Positions 59,160-64,000 of a stretch of 64,000 nt of DNA are shown piece after piece. A program made the translations under genes and the position numbers. Position 1 is the stretch's first letter. Each line of letters opens with the position of its first letter. This stretch comes from Oligoflexia bacterium (GTDB lineage Bacteria > Bdellovibrionota > UBA1018 > CAIPTA01), in contig JAMLID010000005.1 in NCBI GenBank assembly GCA_023954355.1, forward strand, positions 38,092-102,091, in the 5' to 3' direction. The notes below the pieces were generated by a model, which had not been told where the DNA came from, made no database searches, and saw only the letters and a program-made list of their open reading frames with translations.

Positions 59160-60200
59160 ATGATTGAAACTTTATTGAGCCTATTTTTTCTTTTGTTATT
59201 TGCTGAATTTGCCTCAGCAAATTTTAAGCGACTAGCCCCTGTGCTGGAGGCCTGGGATCTTTCACGAAAAGATGCGCAACTAAACCAGACAAAAGACAAA
59301 ACTAACCCATTTCCGTGGATAGGAGGGTGGGAAAAACTCGCCGCCCTCGTCTGGGCGCTTGGAGTAAGTGCCCCACTACTCTCATTCTCTTTAGCGTGTT
59401 ATCTGTTTTTACCCGATCCCAAAGAATCGGCCAATATTATCTTAGGCGCTGTGATGGGTAGCAATATCGCCGGCCTAACCCTCGCATTTGGATTTATTCT
59501 GCTCACAGGACAAATTAAATTTTTCCGAATCCGTTCTATTAATAGCCCTGTTTTTTTATTAATTGCCACTATCGTTTTTGCACACACTTGCTTTGACCAA
59601 AATATCACACCAATAGAAGGTAGCATTCTTTTACTTATTTTCGTCGCCTATGGATTTTACTTTCGTAACTTTTCGAGTGAATGGAAGTACTATGAAAGAG
59701 CCTTTACCGATCGCACCTTAGTGGAATCCTCTGAGGGATTTCTCCCCGTGCTCGCAGTTGTTTGTTTAGGTGTTGGGTTCTTCTTTATCTCGCTTGTCTG
59801 CTCTTATAAATTTGTTTTCGCTCTTGATTCTATGGTTGATCGAGGGCAACGAGATGCACTCAAGCTGGGAGCTCATCTTGTAGGTTTTGCTCTTTCGATT
59901 CCCTGGATTGCTCGATCATTTTTATCTTCAGGCGAAAGCGACTCTAAAAGAGCAATGGCACTGAGTTCCATTAGCCATTCTTGTCTATTGAATGTTTTGC
60001 TTCTTCCCGCAGCCGCGTCTTTTCTTGGCGCATATTCATTAAATATTTCACTCACTTCAACTTATTTACCTGTATTACTAATCTGTACCGGCGTTTATGC
60101 CTCTACACTCTTAATTGAAAAAGAAAACGGGGGGAAGCTTAGCTTAGCTCTTGTGATGTTTTATATTTTTTATTTAGGATTTGGTCTAATCTATCCTTAG
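59160..60200 (+). CDS. Multi-pass membrane protein, CaCA (Na+/Ca2+ exchanger, YrbG)-like.
   Basis: About 10 TM segments. GAVMGSNIAGLTLAFG and ISHSCLLNVLLL resemble the CaCA alpha-repeat GNVIGSNIFNIL. Confidence 0.4.
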   Translation: MIETLLSLFFLLLFAEFASANFKRLAPVLEAWDLSRKDAQLNQTKDKTNPFPWIGGWEKLAALVWALGVSAPLLSFSLACYLFLPDPKESANIILGAVMGSNIAGLTLAFGFILLTGQIKFFRIRSINSPVFLLIATIVFAHTCFDQNITPIEGSILLLIFVAYGFYFRNFSSEWKYYERAFTDRTLVESSEGFLPVLAVVCLGVGFFFISLVCSYKFVFALDSMVDRGQRDALKLGAHLVGFALSIPWIARSFLSSGESDSKRAMALSSISHSCLLNVLLLPAAASFLGAYSLNISLTSTYLPVLLICTGVYASTLLIEKENGGKLSLALVMFYIFYLGFGLIYP

Positions 60201-60207
60201 AGCAAGA

Positions 60208-60813
60208 ATGGAAACAAATAAACTACCACAAAACGATGCCCTTACTTTTGACAACGCCCCAAATAGGCTGACTGTCTTAAGAATGCTTGCTGTGCCTGTA
60301 GTGGTTTATTTTCTAACTTGGAAGACCTTCCAAGGAGATATAGTAGCCTGTGTAGTTTTTTGCTTAGCCGCAATTACGGATTGGTTCGATGGATACTTAG
60401 CTAGAGCCTATAAAGCAATCACCATTTTCGGGAAACTAATGGATCCTCTAGCAGACAAATTTCTCGTTGTAGTGACACTAATCATGTTGCAAGAGTTAGA
60501 GAGAATTCATCCTTTTTTGGTAATGGTTTTGATTTGTCGAGAAATGGGAATCACCTCATTGAGAGCCCTTGCGAGTGCCGAAGGAGTCATTATCGCTGCC
60601 GGAGCAGGAGGCAAATGGAAGGCCGCTCTTCAAATGGTGGCAATCCCTTTTCTTATTTTAGATAAGACATTATGGGGATTTTTACCTTCAGCTCAAGTAG
60701 GAACGATATTAATGTATATTTCTGTGGCACTGTCTTTAAGCAGCGCTCTCTCGTATGCGTGGAACTTTTTTCGCGAACTTAAGGCAAAATTCAGAGCGAA
60801 AAACTCTTCATAA
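60208..60813 (+). CDS. pgsA: CDP-diacylglycerol--glycerol-3-phosphate 3-phosphatidyltransferase.
   Basis: PNRLTVLRM..DWFDGYLAR....GKLMDPLADK is the CDP-alcohol phosphatidyltransferase motif. Confidence 0.85.
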   Translation: METNKLPQNDALTFDNAPNRLTVLRMLAVPVVVYFLTWKTFQGDIVACVVFCLAAITDWFDGYLARAYKAITIFGKLMDPLADKFLVVVTLIMLQELERIHPFLVMVLICREMGITSLRALASAEGVIIAAGAGGKWKAALQMVAIPFLILDKTLWGFLPSAQVGTILMYISVALSLSSALSYAWNFFRELKAKFRAKNSS

Positions 60814-60830
60814 TAAAAACAGGGGGACTA

Positions 60831-61181
60831 ATGGAAAAAAGAAAAGGCAGTTGTCACTGCGGAAAAGTGCAATTTGAGGCCTCAGGAAGCTTTGAAGAAG
60901 TAATAAGCTGCAATTGCTCTATTTGTCAGAAAAAAGGCAGTCTCTTAGCTTTCGTAGGAGAAAAAGATTTTCACTTAATCTCAGGCGCTGATGCATTGGT
61001 TAATTACCAATTTGGCAAAAAGAGCATTGACCATATGTTTTGCTCAAATTGCGGGATCAGTTCGTTCTCATCAGGGACAGCCCCTGATGGGCAAAAAATG
61101 AAGGCAATCAACGTTCGTTGCCTTGAAGGTACAAATATAGAAGACTTAAGAGTCAAAACCTTTGATGGGAGATCACTATAG
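60831..61181 (+). CDS. GFA-family (glutathione-dependent formaldehyde-activating enzyme/CENP-V-like) zinc protein.
   Basis: GSCHCGKV.F.....CNCSIC.K.G..........C..CG is the GFA Cys pattern. Confidence 0.75.
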   Translation: MEKRKGSCHCGKVQFEASGSFEEVISCNCSICQKKGSLLAFVGEKDFHLISGADALVNYQFGKKSIDHMFCSNCGISSFSSGTAPDGQKMKAINVRCLEGTNIEDLRVKTFDGRSL

Positions 61182-61270
61182 TCATTTTTATGCATAAAGT
61201 CATTTCAAACTAACAACACCTGCCTGTTCATCTAGTTTGAAGTTAGAGCGAACTCACACGCTTTAAGTAC

Positions 61271-61299
61271 TTGACCTTCTTTCTAGAAAGACTTAGAAC
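61271..61299 (+). promoter_or_regulatory. Candidate tRNA promoter (TTGACC, 17-nt spacer, TAGAAC) with a 14-bp perfect palindrome in the spacer.
   Basis: TTGACC at 61271-61276. TCTTTCTAGAAAGA palindrome at 61278-61291. TAGAAC at 61294-61299. The tRNA 5' end follows 18 nt later. Confidence 0.35.
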
Positions 61300-61317
61300 G
61301 ATAGCTCAGCTGCGACT

Positions 61318-61394
61318 GCGGGATTAGCTCAGTTGGCTAGAGCGCGTCCTTGCCAAGGACGAGGTCGCCAGTTCGAATCTGGTATCCCGCTCCA
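61318..61394 (+). tRNA. tRNA-Gly (anticodon GCC), with CCA encoded.
   Basis: GCGGGAT acceptor, TAGCTCAGTTGG D-loop, CCTTGCCAAGG anticodon arm, GGTCGCCAGTTCGAATCTGG T-arm, ATCCCGC-T-CCA. Cloverleaf checked by eye. Very similar to E. coli tRNA-Gly-GCC. Confidence 0.9.
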
Positions 61395-61402
61395 AAATCA
61401 AA

Positions 61403-61440
61403 AGACTACAATCCGAAGGGTTGTGGTCTTTTGTATTTTT
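61403..61440 (+). terminator. Rho-independent terminator after the tRNA.
   Basis: AGACTACAATCC, gaag, GGTTGTGGTCT (11 bp with one bulge), then TTTGTATTTTT. Confidence 0.6.
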
Positions 61441-61582
61441 GGGAGTTGGATATCCGTTTTGAGAACTAAGAACCTTTAGGTACGGGCTCTTCCCCATTAA
61501 CAGGGGCAGCCTAAAAATTGATAAGACAAAAGCTTTTAACTGCATAGGACTCTGACTCGCAAGCGATAAATAGGAGAAAACC

Positions 61583-62008
61583 ATGAGTACGCTCACTGAA
61601 AACCTAACTCTAGCACAAAAACACGCAATGTCTATTCGACCTCGAGCAGGGGGATTTCCAGTATTAGCAGAAGTGCTTCGCCAAGCTGGGGTAACATTAA
61701 ATCGTTGGTTCTTACACTCTTGTCAGTCAATATACATCATGAAAGATGGTTCTGTAGTCCAACAAGGAACCCCTCTTGTTACTGGAACTCTCGAAATCCC
61801 TAAGTTTGATCGTGAGGCCTTAATTACCGCAATTAGAACAGACCAAGAAGGAAGAAGCACATTTGCTGAATTCCTTCTTTCAACGTGGAAAGCAGGTATC
61901 GTTAGCTACGAAGTAGATTTTGTAAATCGCAAAGTTGCTTACTTTGGGATTGAGGGTGATTCTTACATAGAAGAATACCCCACCGTCGAATTAAAAATTC
62001 AAGGTTGA
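61583..62008 (+). CDS. Hypothetical cytoplasmic protein (possibly DUF1398-like).
   Basis: ORF preceded by an AGGAGAAAA RBS. The family guess is from motif memory only. Confidence 0.45.
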   Translation: MSTLTENLTLAQKHAMSIRPRAGGFPVLAEVLRQAGVTLNRWFLHSCQSIYIMKDGSVVQQGTPLVTGTLEIPKFDREALITAIRTDQEGRSTFAEFLLSTWKAGIVSYEVDFVNRKVAYFGIEGDSYIEEYPTVELKIQG

Positions 62009-62014
62009 AGCCAT

Positions 62015-62443
62015 CTACTTCAAATCAAATTTTCTAAGAAACCTCAATTCTTCCTCAATACTATTAGTTTCTTGAATATCTTCAGGAATAATTCTAATTA
62101 AATCCCAAAAAGTATTTTTTCGAATTAAATAAACAAGAATGAAATCATTTGTGGAAAATTTATTTTTATATTTAGCACAACTGTGATGATCTACTGTAAA
62201 TTCAAATATATCTTTTTTTTCTATTTTGCCTTTTATCGCTTTCTCTATCTTCATTCTATACTTATAAGAAAATGCGTTTTTAGAATCCTTATCTACATTA
62301 ATAAACTTACCATATAAAATGAGATCTGCCTTTGCATGGGCCTGCTGAGAACTAGGATAATCGTATACTATTGAATTTCTACAAGCTTTGGCAGGTTGGT
62401 TTGGAATTAAGCTTAAAAAAGTTGAGAGCAAAACTATACGCAT
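62015..62443 (-). CDS. Hypothetical secreted protein.
   Basis: Signal peptide MRIVLLSTFLSLIPNQPAKA. Convergent with the preceding gene. Confidence 0.45.
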   Translation of the reverse strand: MRIVLLSTFLSLIPNQPAKACRNSIVYDYPSSQQAHAKADLILYGKFINVDKDSKNAFSYKYRMKIEKAIKGKIEKKDIFEFTVDHHSCAKYKNKFSTNDFILVYLIRKNTFWDLIRIIPEDIQETNSIEEELRFLRKFDLK

Positions 62444-62542
62444 ATTTACCCATAATCCAGATTGCCCCAGTTATAATAACAGAAGACACTCTTTTCTTGT
62501 AAGCATTTATTTTTTGACTTTAGCCACAGCGTTGAGCAGAAG

Positions 62543-63382
62543 ATGATTTGTATGGGCATGGATGAAATTCAAGATTTAAAAAAGACTCCTAATGTATCTT
62601 ATTGGCGTATCCGCCTGGCTGAAAAAATAGAATCCGAAATTATTCAGTATCTAATCGTAATTGTTATTTTACTCAACGCTATTGTTTTAGGACTAGAAAC
62701 CTCAACAGAAATAATGGCGAAATGGGGCAATCTTCTGGTCACCCTTGATAAGGTCTGTTTGCTAATTTTTATTATAGAAATCTTCGCCAAAGCATTAGTG
62801 TACCAGTTTCGCTTTTGGCGTAGCTCATGGAACATCTTCGACCTAGCTGTAATTTTAGTTGCTATAGTTCCCGGAGCCGGGCCATGGGCGGTCTTAAGAA
62901 CTTTGAGAGTTCTAAGAGTGCTGCGCTTACTTACTGTTATTCCTGCTTTACGAAAGGTTGTTGCCGCATTTTTACACTCTATTCCTGGCCTTGCAGGGGT
63001 GGGTGCAGTAATGGCTATCTTTTTCTATACTGCTGCCGTACTTGCTACACGTCTTTTTGGAACAGATTTTCCCGATTGGTTTGGCAGCCTGGGCAGAAGC
63101 CTTTACACATTATTTCAAGTAATGACATTAGAAAGCTGGTCCATGGGCATTGTTAGACCGGTAATGGAAAAACACCCCATGGCATGGCTATTTTTTGTTC
63201 CATTTATTATCATCGCGACATTCACTATCTTAAATCTTTTTATTGGTATTATCGTATCTACAATGCAAGAGCTTTCTATACCTCAACCGCAAAAGCGAGA
63301 TGATAACATAAACCCAGATTCATTAATCGAAAAGATAGAAACAGACTTAAAAGATCTACGCTCATTGCTTAAAAAGAAATAA
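62543..63382 (+). CDS. Bacterial voltage-gated sodium channel (NaChBac/BacNav family).
   Basis: S4 voltage sensor LRTLRVLRVLRLLTVIPALR, and selectivity filter LFQVMTLESWSMGIVRP, nearly identical to the NaChBac/NavAb TLESW filter. Six TM helices plus a C-terminal coiled coil. Confidence 0.85.
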   Translation: MICMGMDEIQDLKKTPNVSYWRIRLAEKIESEIIQYLIVIVILLNAIVLGLETSTEIMAKWGNLLVTLDKVCLLIFIIEIFAKALVYQFRFWRSSWNIFDLAVILVAIVPGAGPWAVLRTLRVLRVLRLLTVIPALRKVVAAFLHSIPGLAGVGAVMAIFFYTAAVLATRLFGTDFPDWFGSLGRSLYTLFQVMTLESWSMGIVRPVMEKHPMAWLFFVPFIIIATFTILNLFIGIIVSTMQELSIPQPQKRDDNINPDSLIEKIETDLKDLRSLLKKK

Positions 63383-63459
63383 ACGCAGCCCGAGAACAAG
63401 TACCAAACTCCGTCGAACAAGGCCCTATTCAATCTTCTCAGATAGTTTTACTGTTATAA

Positions 63460-63891
63460 TCAATCGCTCATTCTCGACTTAATCTTAAACGTCAGTACTA
63501 CTTTCTTATCGTTAATTTTAAAAGTAACGGGAACAAGATCGTTCTCCTTGAACTCTTTAGTCGCGTTGAACAACATGATATGATTACCGCCTTGCTCAAA
63601 GGTGAACGAAGATTTTTTTTCTATCCGAAAACTCTCTACCTTATTCATCTGCATCATTCCATCTGCCATTTTAGTTTCGTGAAGCTCTACTGTTTTAAAA
63701 CCTTCGGCACTTATTATTTTAACTAAAACATCTTGGTTAGATTCATTTTTCAGTACTCCATACCCGGCTGTAGCAATAGAGCCCTTCATAGGGTTGTAAA
63801 TGATACCTTCGGATATTGTCATTTCTGTTTTTGCTTGCGCATGGGTGGTAAAAATAAAAATTATTAGAAAGTTCAATAGTGTTTTTTTCAT
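63460..63891 (-). CDS. PCu(A)C-family periplasmic copper chaperone (DUF461).
   Basis: Signal peptide, then AGYGVLKN..D..L......G...VELHE......MM.M..V......GG.HIML, which is the PCuAC signature. Confidence 0.65.
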   Translation of the reverse strand: MKKTLLNFLIIFIFTTHAQAKTEMTISEGIIYNPMKGSIATAGYGVLKNESNQDVLVKIISAEGFKTVELHETKMADGMMQMNKVESFRIEKKSSFTFEQGGNHIMLFNATKEFKENDLVPVTFKINDKKVVLTFKIKSRMSD

Positions 63892-64000
63892 AAATTCTCC
63901 TTAATCGTTTTTAAAACAAGCTCTGGTGATCTAGGACTAGTAATTGTTGTTTTTACGAGCCCATTTTTATCTAAAAAGAAAAGGTTGTCTGAATGTGCGA

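Noticed and set aside
61182-61260. 9-bp inverted repeat TTCAAACTA...TAGTTTGAA after the GFA gene.
   Set aside because: Short stem, 21-nt loop, and no T-run. It could be a weak terminator, but the evidence is insufficient.
61300-61316. GATAGCTCAGCTG fragment resembling a tRNA 5' end and D-loop, just upstream of tRNA-Gly.
   Set aside because: Only about 12 of 15 identity to the tRNA. It lies between the putative -10 and the mature 5' end, so it is likely leader sequence or coincidence. It is not a duplicated att site, because islands usually duplicate the tRNA 3' end.
61324-61596. 90-aa minus-strand ORF.
   Set aside because: It overlaps the tRNA-Gly gene and its terminator, so it is spurious.
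1-64000. Search for CRISPR arrays, IS elements, integrases, toxin-antitoxin pairs or restriction-modification genes.
   Set aside because: No regularly spaced direct repeats, no transposase or integrase-like ORFs, and no obvious small bicistronic TA pairs were seen.

Overview
The window is 64 kb of a low-GC (roughly 40%, estimated by eye) Gram-negative chromosome. It is gene-dense and mostly housekeeping. Recognisable genes, from start to end, are: rplU, rpmA, obg, nadD, rsfS, glyQS, ppdK, a ClsB-like phospholipase-D/EEP pair, smc, lolA, yajQ, rimO, mltG, carD/cdnL, gltX, a eukaryote-type squalene synthase, tdh (disrupted), kbl, mutY, lipB, dnaE, guaA, guaB, miaB, glpX, pgsA and tRNA-Gly(GCC). 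Several features suggest a Bdellovibrio-like predatory bacterium, but that is inference only: abundant cyclic-nucleotide and c-di-GMP signalling modules (degenerate HD-GYP, GAF-cyclase, PilZ, YajQ, a kinase fused to a degenerate GGDEF), a TIGR02147-like HTH protein, and lysine-rich tails on ribosomal and other proteins. I found no CRISPR array, transposase, integrase or classical restriction-modification or defence genes.

The loci I consider most worth follow-up are:
- A DEDDh exonuclease with a C-terminal WYL domain (31470-32315), followed by a perfect 17-bp inverted repeat.
- The adjacent tdh gene, which is broken by two compensating frameshifts about 50 bp apart.
- A degenerate HD-GYP gene overlapping a GAF-class III nucleotidyl cyclase (26694-29077).
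- A guaB-linked operon on the minus strand: a multi-pass membrane protein with tandem cNMP-binding domains, then a pseudopilin-like protein that carries a Sec-type leader (49058-51436).
- A tightly packed minus-strand operon: PilZ, glpX, SRPBCC, a hypothetical, a GcvH-like protein, a histidine kinase with a degenerate GGDEF, miaB and a gamma-CA. Its gene junctions are lysine-rich and sit on homopolymer tracts.
- A NaChBac-type voltage-gated sodium channel just downstream of tRNA-Gly.
- Several small secreted proteins with cysteine-framed tandem repeats.
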